Notes under the pieces: model-generated
Told to the model about the DNA's origin: nothing
Database searches by the model: none
Seen by the model: only the letters and a program-made list of their open reading frames with translations
Part shown: one piece after another, positions 48,553-62,592 of the stretch
Position numbering within the stretch: the first letter of the stretch is position 1
Layout: each line of letters opens with the position of its first letter
Assembly: GCA_002245135.1 (NCBI GenBank)
Contig: NGBS01000016.1
Location: forward strand, 1-64,000
Source: Proteromonas lacertae
Lineage: Eukaryota
Reading direction: 5' to 3'
Length of the DNA stretch: 64,000 nt
Translations under genes and position numbers: made by a program

Positions 48553-50562
48553 ATGGTAGTAGTGTGTGATTATTTATTTGTAATATTTTTGTTTTCAATG
48601 TACATAAGCAGTTGTATGGGGATTAAAATAGGATATATTGTTAAAACTACTTTATCAGTAGAATTTGATTTTCTATCAGCTTACATTACTAAAATAAATG
48701 ATAATCAAAGAGAGCGAAATTGAGCTAGTTAAAATAGATAAAGCTAATGCTAATTATATGGAAACGTTACAAGATGAAGAATTATCTGTTGCCACATCGT
48801 TATGTCAAGAAAATGTGGATGATAATATGAAAATTGACCTTGTTAATAACAATGTGGTGTTATGGTGTGCAGATTTAGCAGTAGTTGGTGATTGTAGTCG
48901 AGATATGATTAATGGAATGTCAGTTACACCATCTTTAGAGCAATGTATAATTATTTTTATATTTTAATAGCCATGCACATACTTGCAACGCAATATCCTC
49001 TTAATTTTGCTATTATATTGGATGGGACATTAGAAGTAACACCATTTTACTATGAAAGAATAATTCAACTCAATAAAATTCTACAATGGCTCAGTAGTTT
49101 TTGACATTCATAATACAACATTAACTGCAGACAATTTAGCAAATTATGAAGATAAATTAAAAGAATATAAAGATAATGGAGTAACAACTATTTTATTACA
49201 CAACACAATGGATAAAATAATGGAAATATTTAATCAAAGAACAGATAAATATTTAGCTCCAAAATATCCTATGTTATTATTAGAGGGTGGATTAACATAT
49301 GCTGAAATTAGTGCTGATAGTAGATATAATAGTAATTATGATGTTGGTAATTTATATATTCGATCTTATTATTCTGAAATTAATAATGAAAAGAATACTC
49401 TTTATAAACAAATTCATAGTAGTGATCCATCTTTTGCTAGTTTAACTGAAAGTAAAGGTGCAGTTTTGTATATAGTTATTATTATTATTATTTATTATTT
49501 ATAGAACTGGTGTTGTTGATTTAATCGGTTATGCAGCTGATCATGTTCCTACAAGAAAGATATACACAATGTTTACTTATTTGTATGATAAACCGTTTGA
49601 ATTTGCTGGTGGTACTATCATTTTAAGAACTAATCATATGATGACTTCAACTCATTATATTGGTATTGTAACGAAAGATACAACTAGTGGTGATGTTAAA
49701 TTAGTATATAAACATATAATTGAACCAGATGTTACATTTGAACCAACACAATTTGAGAATGAAATTGTTGAAGTTGGTTGTAATTTTATCAATAACCCTG
49801 TAGATGGATCTTATAAACCTGATTATTTACCGATTACATTCATGTTAGACATGAGTTTATATCAATCTAAAGTAGTTTATCAATTTATAAAAATGTATTT
49901 TGATAATATCAATGCAAATAAGCCAATATTAGATAAGATATTATTCCCACTGATGTATAACATACTTGATGGATCTGAAGTAATTAATAAGAAATTATTA
50001 GAAATGATTGACAAATATGACGCTAGAACAATATTTTTAATGACTTCAGAAGAAGATAGAGTTCAGTTATACACATTTTTAAAGGGTTATGATACAGAAA
50101 TATTCTACATTGGTCCAAATGAAGCTGAGATTTGTACAAGTGATTTGATATTTGGAGATTTTGTAAATGAAGTTTATGTTGAAGAAATATATAAATATGT
50201 TAGGAATATTGGTAAAATAAGAATTGCTTTAATTGGTAGTCCAATGTCTTATGGTACTCATACAAGGACATTAATAAAAGAATATTTCAATGAACAAGGA
50301 ATGGATATAAAGATTGTATCTGAACAAAATATTCAAAAACCAACAGAATTAGAAGCAAATGTGACTGTTGATTCGTTTATTGAATTGTATGGTTTAGTGA
50401 ATGATACAGTTGTTATTATTACAGCAGAAAATGAGTATTTACCATATTTATATAAAGCATTTTATCAAAAAGGTATTAAAACTGCAAATGGTTTTACATT
50501 TATTTCATTGAATTTAGATCAATTGATTGTAGATGGAACAGGTAGTGAAAATGTATATAGAA

Positions 50563-50598
<36 letters not shown>

Positions 50599-53500
50599 GT
50601 TTAATGGAACAATGTTTATCAGCTACAGTAGTAATGAAATGAATTCACAATCATTAGATATATTCTATAAATCATTTTCTGATTTAACTGGAAAAGAAGT
50701 ACCATTTACACAAACTATTGCTTTTATTTTCAATTTAGTGTCTTTAATCACTGATGCAATATTGTCATCTTCATCTGTTTCACCTGAGTATTATAGAGAA
50801 TATTTATATCATACAATCTTAAAAGAACCTTCATATGGTAAATATGAGATATATTCGAATGGTATTGCTAGAGGTGAAATACATATGTTCCAATTAGATG
50901 AGAATAATTTAGCTGAAATTGTTTATTCACCTAATTTTATAAGTGAAAGTTATGCATTTGTGAATAAGTCTAAAACTTGTGCTTTTAGTAACGGAATAAT
51001 GAATGAAGGATATACTGATATTTATTATATTGGAATTATCTATAATTTGAATTCAAAAATAGATATTACTACTGTTGATTCGTTAAGTTTAGTTTTAGAA
51101 TTAATCAATTTAGATGGTGGTTTAAATGGAAGAATTGTATTACCAGCAACACTGAAATGGATAGTTGGAGATAATGAAGATATGAAGAAAGAAATGGAAC
51201 ATCTATTCAATACAACAAATCCATTATTTGTAGTTGGAACTGATGATGAAAATAGAAGAAAAGTATTATCTCCAATTCTAGAAAAATATGATAAATTATG
51301 TTTTTCATTGTTAATTAGTGGAGGTGAAACTGAACATCCGAATATAATTCAAATGAATGCAATTCCCAATCAATTATTTTCACTGCCATTAATGTATTTC
51401 TTACAGAAAACACAAAAATATATCATATTATATGATTCATCAGTTGATTATTCAAAGAAATTATATGATTATTTGATTCTATATGTTGAAAGTATTAAAC
51501 AGAATCCTGCCTTTGTTGTTGATGTAGAAAGTTACAAAACTTATGATAAGATTGTTGATGATATTGAGGGAATTGTAGGAAATGATGAAGCTTTTATTAT
51601 TTCATTTATTGATCAACAGACTGAACCATTTCTTACTGAATTTGATTCAAAAGGATTATCTAAAGATAAAATATCAATTATTCTAATGGATATGTCTATT
51701 AGAGTTTATTTAAATGCAAACAATTTGACTGTATTTTATGGTTGCTATTTCTTCTCATCATATTCAACAGAAGGAACTTCGTTATTAAATACTGCTTTAA
51801 TCCAAACAGTAACAAACTATAAAGGAGATCCATTGCAATTATTGGATGATGTAACAATGGCATTTTATAATTCATATTTATTTATGAAAGCAGCAATAGA
51901 AGTTAATTCAAATGATTTGAGCAGTTATACAATAAAGTCATATTTATATTCATATCCTGTTGATACACCAGTTGGACCATTGAATTTAGAAACGTCGAAT
52001 TATGTTGATATTTATCCACATATATTGTTATATTTGAATGATAGTCAACCTATTATAGCTAAAATGACTTCTGCTGTATCTCCACAAGTGTATTATAATC
52101 TATTACATAATGATCAATTTATATCAACAGATTATTCTAAGAATCCACCAGATATTCAAACAAAAATTGATTATATTGGATTAGCTTTTATGATGAATTT
52201 AAATGATCGAGTTCATTATCATGCTTATATTGATTTTGCATTAGCAATTCAAGAAATTGAGAAATATAATAGTGAGGGAGGAATAAAAAAATACAAAATC
52301 AGATATGAATTATACAATTGTCCTGCTGATGAAGAATCTGCTGCTGGTTTGTTGGTAAATATGAAAGTTAGAGGATTTACATACATAATTGGTGGTTGTG
52401 GACCAGAAACAAAAAAGTATATGAAGAATACTTTAGATTCAGTTGATATGATCTTGTTTTATACAGAATTGAACACTGGTGAAGAATGTTTAAAGAATAT
52501 AATTTATACAACACTTTCTCCATATCAAGAGATATATCCTATTGCTCTTAGATTGTTATATGAAAGAGTAACAAATCCAATATTCGTATATGAAGATTCT
52601 TCATATTTTTCATCAAGAGTAAAGTTAATAGAATCTATATTTAATGGATTTGATACAAATATAGCATATGAAATGAAAGTTGATCCTAATAACTATGAAA
52701 TCTCAATTGATGGCGAAATGGGTGAACTAAGAAACAGAATTTCAACTTCACCACATATTTTATTGTTATTACAATATGAAAGAATTGATTATTTCCTTGA
52801 AATGTTTTATAAGAAAGTATGTGATTTGAATGGAATGAGTTTAGATGATTGTATTAATACTTATTCAATTTATATTATTGATGAAAGCCAAAGTGTTTAT
52901 AATGGAGAATATGCTAGAGGAAGAACTGTTTATTCTGCCTTTATGAATGATGGTTCTGAAGATTTCTTGAAATTCTATGAAGATGCACATAATGTTGGTG
53001 GTTCAAAGTTTAATCCAAACTTTTATGATTCATTTTTAGCTATTGACACTGAATTTCTATTAGTATCAATGCAAAATGCATTATCTGTGTCATTATCAGA
53101 AATTAGAAAACAAATTTATGTAACATCCATGAATTCTGCAGTTGGTTTAGTTGAAATAGATTCAGGTAATCATGTGATTGATGCTCTATCGATTGGCTAT
53201 GTTCAGAAAGATGGAACAGTTAAATATCAAGAGACTTTGACAAAAACATGGGAAACAAATACATATAGAACTACTTTGAATATGAAGGAATATGAATATT
53301 GTGATTGGAATCCATCAACTCCTACAGAAGAACAAGGAAGTGAAAAGATACAAGAAGTTGTAAATATCGGAGTTGTTATACCAATTAGTTCATATTTTAT
53401 TGAAGAAGGTATTTCATTTATTGCTTCATTATATGCTGGTTCTATTGATATTAATAAAAATGGAGGAATAGAAGGAAAGAGATTGAATTTTATATTCTTT

Positions 53501-56500
53501 TCTGATGGAAATGATCCAGAGATAGCAGCTGATAATATGAAGAAATATATTGATGAATATGGAATAAGTGCATTTGTTGGTGGATGGACTACTGAAGTAA
53601 GAAAAAGACTAGGTGAAGTTGCTGTTGAAAAGAATGTTTATATGTTTTATCCACCTGATTATACTGGTGATGTTTGCCAATTTAATGGAATATTCTTTGG
53701 TGCTCCACCAGTTTTATATTACATTTTATATCCTTGGATTCTAGCTCATAAAATAGGTAAATTGGTTTTGATTTATTCAACGACTGAGTATTCTACAATA
53801 TTTGCTAATTCTTTACAGACTGAATTAGGTTATTATGCTACTCAATTTGATTATATTTATTCAATTCCGCCTGAAAATAGTGATGTCTCTTCTATTATAG
53901 AAATTATAAAAACTGTAGCTCCAGAAGGAGCACTTATTATCTCAATATTAGATGGTGATTCAGCAATTAATTTACTCTCACAAATGTATGATGCAGAAAT
54001 GTCATCTGAAAAATATATTGTAATGACTAGAGGTATTGTTAGAAAAAAAGTAAATGAAATTGGTATAAAAGCAGCTGGACATTATAAAATTGATTCTTTA
54101 GATTTAAATTATGATGATCAAGAAGTACAAAAAATAATTGCTAATGAAGCTGAACATTTATCAAATTATTTTACCTATTTGACTGATATTACACCAGTTA
54201 TGGCAAGAGGTTATTCAATGGTATTGTTCTTAAAGGAAGTTTTGAGACAAATGATTATCTACAATGATGATAATATTGGACATTATATTTATAATACAAC
54301 AGTATTGTCTGCTATTGGAAGTTTAGAAATAAATGAAAATAATAATGTTAGAGTTCCAATAATTATTCATCAAATGACTTATAAAAATGGTAATATTGAA
54401 TTTAAACAAACATATGAAAGCAATTTAATTCAAAGTGATCCTTATTATTCAATCTATAGAGATGATACAACAATGAAGAAATGTGAAGCTGAATATAATC
54501 GATTATTGGATGTAAAAGTAATGAAATTTGGTCTACTCTTCTCCACTACTGGTTCATTAGCTGAAGTTCATAGACCTGTGATTTATGGTGCAATTATTGC
54601 TATTCAAGAAATATTAGATGCAGGAGGTGTATTAGGAATTTTACCAGTTGTTGTATTAACTGATTATGCATCTGATGCTTCATTAATTGATGGATTAGCT
54701 GAAGATTTATTCTCTGATCCTTTAGTATCTGTCGTTATTGGATGTTATGATACTGATTGTAGAGATATATTAGAACCATATGCTAAACCATATGATGCTA
54801 TTTATTTCTATCCAAGAAAATCTGTTGGTGAACAATGTGATCGATATACTTACTACATTGGTCCAGCTCCAAATCAATATGTTGCACAGGTATTGGAATA
54901 TTTAATTACACTATCAGTCGATAAGAGTTTAGTGATGATAAGAACATCTGATGATGATGCAAATACATTATCCAGAATAGTGAAATATGAAGCTGATGGT
55001 TTATTTGTAGTTAAAGATAATATAATGATTAATACAACTAATCCAATCACAAATGATTTGATTATTCGAATTAAAGGTATGTTACCAATTGGTGGTGTTA
55101 TAATGTTAATGATAAACGATCAACAAGATTTACAGACATTTTTAAGAACTTATAATAATTTAGGAATTGATCCAACACATTATCCAATAGTTGATGTTAT
55201 GTCAGAAGTGGATCATTATGAACAGTTTGATGCTTCATTAAGAGCTAATGTCTACTTATTAAATAGTTACTTTTATGATATTAATAATGAAGCAAACGCA
55301 AATTTCTTAAAAAGATCAAAAGAGTATACAATAGTTGAAAAACCAACAGCTGGTACAAATGCAGCGTATGGTGCAGTACAATTTCTTCTACAAGCACTGA
55401 AAGATACTGGTGAAGTGAACATTACAGAGATAAGAATCAGGTTAATGACAACATCAATCACAGATGGAACAGGTGTTATTACGTTAAGTGAAGCTCATTA
55501 CCCAAATCTACCAATATTTATAGCAAAATATAACTCTGACGGAAGTGATATAAAGACAGTTTCAGAGAATTTCAATTTACAATCACCTCAAGCATGGAAT
55601 TGGGATTTAACAGAAAGTTATGGAAAGAAATGCAATTGGTTACCTGAAAAAGAGGATAGTTCCTACGATGTTAATGCTGTTAGATTAGTTTTAATTGCTA
55701 CAATCACTGGAGGATTATCTGAAGCTGCATTAGGTGCTGTTGATGCATTTAAATTAGCAACCAATGAATTGAATGGCAAAGGAGGAGTAAGAGGATATAC
55801 AATTAAACCAGAAATTGTTGATACACAATCAAATCCAGATGAATGTGTTAGTTTATTAACAAATTATGTGAATAATTATAAACCACCAGCTATATTCTTC
55901 GTAGGAAATGAAAAATGTAGAAATTCTGTGCAAAATTTATTGAAGGAAAATAATGTTATGTTATTCCATTTCTTCCAACAAAATCTAGGTTATTGTAATG
56001 AAAATGTTATGATTGCATGTCATCATATATCTTTGGATAAACCATTGATAAATGCAGTTCGAAATAGATTATATAATGAAATATTAATTATAGCTGGTGA
56101 TAGTTATTTTGAAGGAAGTGGTGAATATATCAAAACACTATTAGATGAAACAAAAGTGCCAAATACTTACTTTAGTAGTGTTGATGAAAATGTGGCAAAT
56201 AAGATTAAAGAATGGTATGATAAGAATGTTACAAATGTTGCAATTATCTACAGAGGTTTCTTTGATGGTTTTGATTTTATAGAAAAGAATTTGACATATT
56301 ATAATTTAACTGAACCAAGAGTCAGATTAATAGTAATAGAACCAACCAGTACAATTTATCTATCAGAATATAGAAATTATGAAGTGTTTGAAGCATATAG
56401 ATCAAGTGATGATTTTGAAGAGAATGATGCATTTGCAGATAAGATGAATGCAAGAATAAATAAAGCAACAACCACTGTTACTGATATTACATCAGCTTTA

Positions 56501-59500
56501 TATTCGAGTGTGTTGTTATGGGCAAATTCAGCTGAAGAATCAGATAGTTTTTTACCTTCAAAAGTAAGAGTTAAGATTAATACAGTGGTGTTTAAAAGTC
56601 CAGAAGGTGAAGTGAAATTTGGTGTTAATAATTATTTAACAAGAACAATTGCAGATTCTTATATAGATGAAAATGGTGAGAATCAATTATTACATTATAC
56701 TCAATATATGCATACTCCAGATGCATTTGGTAATGATTTAAATGGTGGTGATTATAAAATATGTAATTTTGATGATATTACAATAGAAGATGGAAGAGAA
56801 GTAAATACATATGTGATTGGTATTATTTTATCATTTACTGGAGTATTAAGAGAAAGTGAAAGTTCAGTTTTTGATGCAATTTTATCAGCTATTATCTATA
56901 TGAATAATCAAGATAAAGTATTAGGATATTATTTGAATTATAAAGTGTATGATATTGCTTCAGATCCAAACAATTATGCTATTCAATTAAAGAAAGCATT
57001 TGACACAGATGGAATAAAATATATATTTGGAGGTGTTAATCCTGATCATTATGATTATATAGCCAATTATATGAATGGAAGATCTGAATATTTCTTTTTC
57101 TGTGGTTATACTTATAGTATAACTTGTCCATCCCATGTTATATCTGCTCAATTATTACCATCTCAAATAGCTGAAAGTGCAATTAGAAAAGCGATGGAAG
57201 AAGCAACATCAATGGTTCTTATCTATTCATCAAGTAATTTAACAACAACAGTAAATGAATTTATATCATCTCGAATGGGTAATTTGAATTTGTTGTTGAT
57301 GGGTAATATTCTATATGACGATAGTTCAAATGCTCAACAAATCCAAAGATTATCAATAGCTAATAGTGGTGGTTATATAATAGCTACATTAGATTCAAAA
57401 GAGAAATATATATCATTATATAAAGATTTATGTTCATTTGGAATGCTTCCTCCAAATTGGGTTGTTTTAGCAACAATGTTTGATGAGAATATATTATATG
57501 AAGTAGATACAGAATGTTTGAATGGAAATGAAGTAATTGGATCATATTTTGAATCAGTTGGTAATTCTGAAACTAATAGTTTTTCAGTTCCATATTTATC
57601 TTCCATATTTAATGAAGAAATTCATATTAATATTGGCAGTAATAAATATATAAGATCAGAATATGAATCAGCCTATTCTTTAATGCAATATTGGAAAACA
57701 CTCATAACAGATGCTAATAGTTTTGATATATCCACTTTTGCACTGTTATATGATTATTATGTAGATACACCCTCAACATCAGTTGAATTAGAAGAGAATA
57801 ATTTCATGAAAAGAATAGTTTATAGTGGTAAAATCAACAATAGAGTAATCAGTATTAATTGGATGCCTACTTCATACATTGAGCCAATTCTGTATAATCA
57901 ATGGGAAGGAGATTTGAGAGGATATACTTGTGATTGGAATAATGAACTTAGTAATACAAGGAGACAATTGCAAGATAATGGTAATACTGGTGATAATACA
58001 AATAATAAAATTGGTCCAATGCATAACAATAATCCAATTCATGTTGCATTTATACATGAAAGTGATATTGGTACTCAAAGTGAGAAGTATAATCTATTGA
58101 TTCAGAATATAGCAATTGATGAAATTAATGATGGAAATGGTATTTTAGGTAAATTATTAATTCCAGATCATTATTTTGTAATGTCTTCCAAAGTATATTC
58201 CCAATTAAGAACAATCATATCTGACACTGAGAATTTGAAAATGATATTTGGTTGTATGTCACCTAAATGTAGAACTGAAGCAGAAAGATATTTAGAAGCC
58301 ATTAATAGTAATGTATTGTTTGATTATTTAGGAAGAGATGATGGTTTTGTATGTAGTACATATATTGTTACAACAGGATTAACAATCAATCAAAAGACAG
58401 AACCAACATTAGATTATATACATTCGATGGGATTATTAGATTTAATGGTAATAGGCAATAGTGAAAATTCAACAGTAATAATGTCTGAAGTAGTAGAAAG
58501 AGTAGCTAAAGAGAAAGGTTTTAATTTCTTAGGATCACAATTATTTTCACCATATAATCCAGTTGAATTATCAACAATTATTAATGTATTAGAAGAGATG
58601 TTTTCTAAAGCTGAAAGATTTATAATAATTGATTTATTTGCTGGAGGTGAACAAGAGAAATTCTTAACAGAATACTTCTCTGCTACTACCATAAATAGAG
58701 ATTCAATAACATTATTCTTGTTGAATTATGATGCTCATGATGTATCTTCATCAAACATTAACTCTTTATCTGGTTCATATATTGTTTCAAGTTATAATGC
58801 TGTGATAAAAAGTACAACTGCTGGAGCATTTTCAACATCAGTTCAACAGATATATCAGAATGCAATTACATTAGGTGAAATATTAGAAACAAGTTACAGT
58901 TCAATATACTTATGGAAAGCTGCAGTAGAATATGCTAAAAGTAATGGTGATTCTAATGATGAATGGCCTGATTATAGATATGTAAGATTAAGTATGAAAT
59001 ATGTGAGTTATGATGGTCCAGGTGGTACAATGACAATGCAATATAACAATCATGCAAAGAGACAAATTTACATATTTAGAATGTCAGGAACAAATCGTAT
59101 TCAAGTATTTCCAAATCAAGGAAGAGCTGCTTCATTTGATGCAAAATTGACATATATGAGTGATGAAGATTGTAACTTAGGTAAGAATATCGTTTTATAT
59201 GAGTTTAATTCTGCTTTACAATGGACTGTAATTGTATTTATGATTGTTGTAATGCTTTGTGCAATTGGTATAACAGGGATTATATTAATGTTTAAACATT
59301 CTAAAGTAATCCATAGTGCTTCACCATTATTTTTATGTTATACACTTTTAGGTGTGATTTTACTAAGTGTTAGTGGTATGATATTTACATTATATCCGAA
59401 TGATGTAGTTTGTGCAATGAGAGTATGGTGGTTAGCTTTATCAGTTGATTTCTTATTCAGTATATTGTTCTGTAAAGCATGGAGAATTCATAAATTATTC

Positions 59501-60271
59501 AATAACAAAGAAATGAAAAGGGTAAAAATTTCAAATATGATGTTAGTTAAAATTATAGCAATTATCGAATTAGTTCAAGCATTATATTTGATGATTTGGT
59601 GGTTAGTTGATAGAGCAGAATATACTGAAACTTTTAGTGTTGATTATTCCAATTATTTAGATGATTATTACATTAGAGAATGTACAGCCAATGATATATT
59701 CACTTATATCGAAATTGTTGGAGTTGTATTACTATTTTTATGGGGAGCTAAATTAGCTTGGGATACAAGAAAAGCATCATCAGAGTTTAATGAATCAATC
59801 AGTTTAGCATCCACAATTGTATTGATGATTATTTTAGGTATATTGGAAATTCCATTGAATGTATTAATGGAGAAACAACCTGATACATTGTTAATGTTAA
59901 GAGGTTTAGGTGTAGAATTAGGATCATTTGCAACTTTAATTTTACAATTTGCATCAAAGTTAACATATTTATGGGTGAATGTAGTTCAAAATAGTACAAC
60001 ATTTGGTGGATCTTCAAGTCTATCATCAGCAGCTAATTCAAAGAGATCAAGAAGTTTAGCAAGGAAAGGAGCAACTAAAGGTAGATTTGCTGTAAAACCT
60101 GATGTATTTGTTTGTGGAGATGTCGGTTTATGTACTTTATCAATGCCTGATTTGTTTTATATTGATGATCCAATGAAGTGTTCATTATCACATCGAGCTA
60201 GTAGTAGAAACAGTAGATTCAGTAGGAAAAGCAAGAATATTGATTCTTGTGTGTCTACTAGTGAAACATGA
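48553..60271 (+). CDS. Giant class C (7tm_3) GPCR-like receptor with nine tandem UrtA/AmiC-like periplasmic-binding domains
   Basis: Signal peptide MVVVCDYLFVIFLFSMYISSCMG; introns 48945-48970, 49468-49504 and 50553-50599; two 1-nt frame breaks near 48705 and 49075; nine repeats of about 380-400 aa; 7TM region with VIHSASPLFL, C.MRVW, KAWRIHKLF, W.TR...SEFNES. Confidence 0.88.
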
Positions 60272-60383
60272 ATTTGATAGGTATTATTATTACTATTATT
60301 ATTTTATTTTATTTTATTTTTTTTTGATTATTTTTTGAGATATAAAAAAACAATGTACATCAAAGAAGGAGAATGATTCAAGT

Positions 60384-61175
60384 CTATTTTCCTTTGAATA
60401 GGTTATTGTATATTTCAAGCTGTCTTTTAGTAGAATTTAATTCATTCTCCATCTTAGCATCATCATTCTTCAACTTTAGATTGGTATTTCTATAATTCTC
60501 ATTATTCTTTCTTTCTGTCTCTATATCTTTCTTCATCTTTTCATTCTGATGTATTAACTGTTCTATTCTATTTAACAGATTATCTCTTTGTATCATTAAA
60601 GATTTTTCTTTTTCAGTTAATTCCTCTATATCATTCTTCAAATTTGTCAGCTTCTTAGAATAAATTTGGTTTATTGAGTGCTCTGTATGGCTAGAAGCTA
60701 ATTTTATATTATTTAATATGCAATTATATTTCTGTCTATATAATATAAAGACATTGTTCTTACTTGTTTTTTTCCTTAATATTTATGATTCTATCTATCT
60801 CTTTCTGCATTCTATATGACTTTACAACATAATGATCTGTTAGAAATTAGTTTATATATAAAGTACTGTAAATCTGCTTCAATCTGTGGACAAATTCCTT
60901 CTTTTCTGATTCTATTAACATCTTCTTTGTCAATTCATTGCTCAAAGTATCTAATTTCACATTTTTATGAAGTAATTCGCTTAGATCTATGACTAAACGT
61001 ATAATAAACTACATTTATTGGTTTTATATATTTCTTCAATGTTTGATTTGCAGACTGTCACTAAATTGTCAGTCTTATTCCTCTCTAATTGCGAAGATTT
61101 GTCTAATTTGCTTAAAAACTACATATCACTTCCAAGTTATAGTACCTCATCCAGATTATACTCAGTAGAAGCCAT
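60384..61175 (-). CDS. Coiled-coil hypothetical protein (spliced)
   Basis: ATG at 61175, several GT..AG introns, and a heptad-rich final exon (60384-60641). Confidence 0.55.
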
Positions 61176-61295
61176 TTAAGTGCAGGAATACCTCTATATT
61201 TTAATTATAAAAAAGTGATTCAGTTTAATGTAAAATACTATGTAATAATTACATATTTAATTATTACATAAAAATTTAAAACAATTCACATACAA

Positions 61296-62552
61296 ATGTC
61301 TGATGTTAACGAGATTTATTCAAAGGATTTTGCATTTTTACCTTATATAAATGATGAGAAAAAGAAGGTTGTAAACTCACTGCCTAGAGATTTTAAAGAT
61401 GCTCTTCATTCTTGTATTTCAACATGTAGTAAATTGGTGAAACCCGGGGAAAGCTGTTACGAGTGTAGTTGTTTCCCAGAAAAGTATCAAATCATGTGTA
61501 AGTTTTGCTTCGAGTCTCAGTTAGGTAGACACGAAGGGCATGATTATAAAATATTATTTTTAGAGGATGGTGGAAGTTGTGATTGCTCAGAAATATCTGG
61601 AAGCCACTGTAAAATCTGTTCTAGATCAATACCTTTTAAGTTTACAAGAGATATTAAAAGATATTATGAAAGTGTAATAAATGTATTTGTAGATTTTATT
61701 AAGAAGATACTAGTCCATTCCCACCACTTAATTCCAAAGAATGATACATATTGCCTTGTAATACTATACAACAGCTGTGAACCGCCAGTTGATATGGAGG
61801 TAATATTGAAGAAACTAAACAGTAGACATACCTATCAAGATGTTTACAATAAAATTGACCAAATGATACAATCAGGTCAAATGCGTATATGCAAAGAAGA
61901 AACTGATAGGGAATATACTATGGATAAAGCAGCTAGATTATTTTCAAGCTATCAATTTTACAGTTTAACCAATGAAGATATAATCAACAATCAAAGAATT
62001 AGAAAAGAGTTAAAAGAAATTCTACCGCTATTAAAATACAAGGAAGTGCATGATGAAGTGAATAGAATATTGAAAGCCTATCATGTGATGCCATTTTTTA
62101 ATTACTGTAAAAAAAATTCCAGTTTAAACAATGAAAGTGATTTTATACAATATGCAAATCAGAATTCTGACTACTGCAATTATTTGAATTTCTTACTATT
62201 TAATATATTAAGAATATTGCCTTTGGATAGTGAAATATTGTACGAATTGTTTATAATTCTATTGGATGATGAAGATAATAAGATAATTATTGGAAATAAT
62301 TTAGTGGAAAATTATATGAACAATATTGATTATTATTTAAGTGGATATGGAGATATATTGAAACTAAATCAAATAACAACACTTGTTTTTAGTGATAATA
62401 ATGTAATTATGAAATTAAATCATCCATTTATTCAATTATTTGAATTAGTAGTTGAGTTTCAAAAGAGATATGACACTATCGAACCAGGAGAAGTGCATGT
62501 GCCTTATAAAAGAAGAGATGCTTATCAAACGGTAATCAAACAATATTTCATG

Positions 62553-62592
<40 letters not shown>

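Noticed and set aside
5038..60026. Numerous short antisense or overlapping ORFs in the ORF track (e.g. 5532-5726, 14141-14889, 23905-24309, 55273-55461, 58414-58692)
   Set aside because: They are shadow frames of real genes in low-complexity AT-rich sequence with no motifs.
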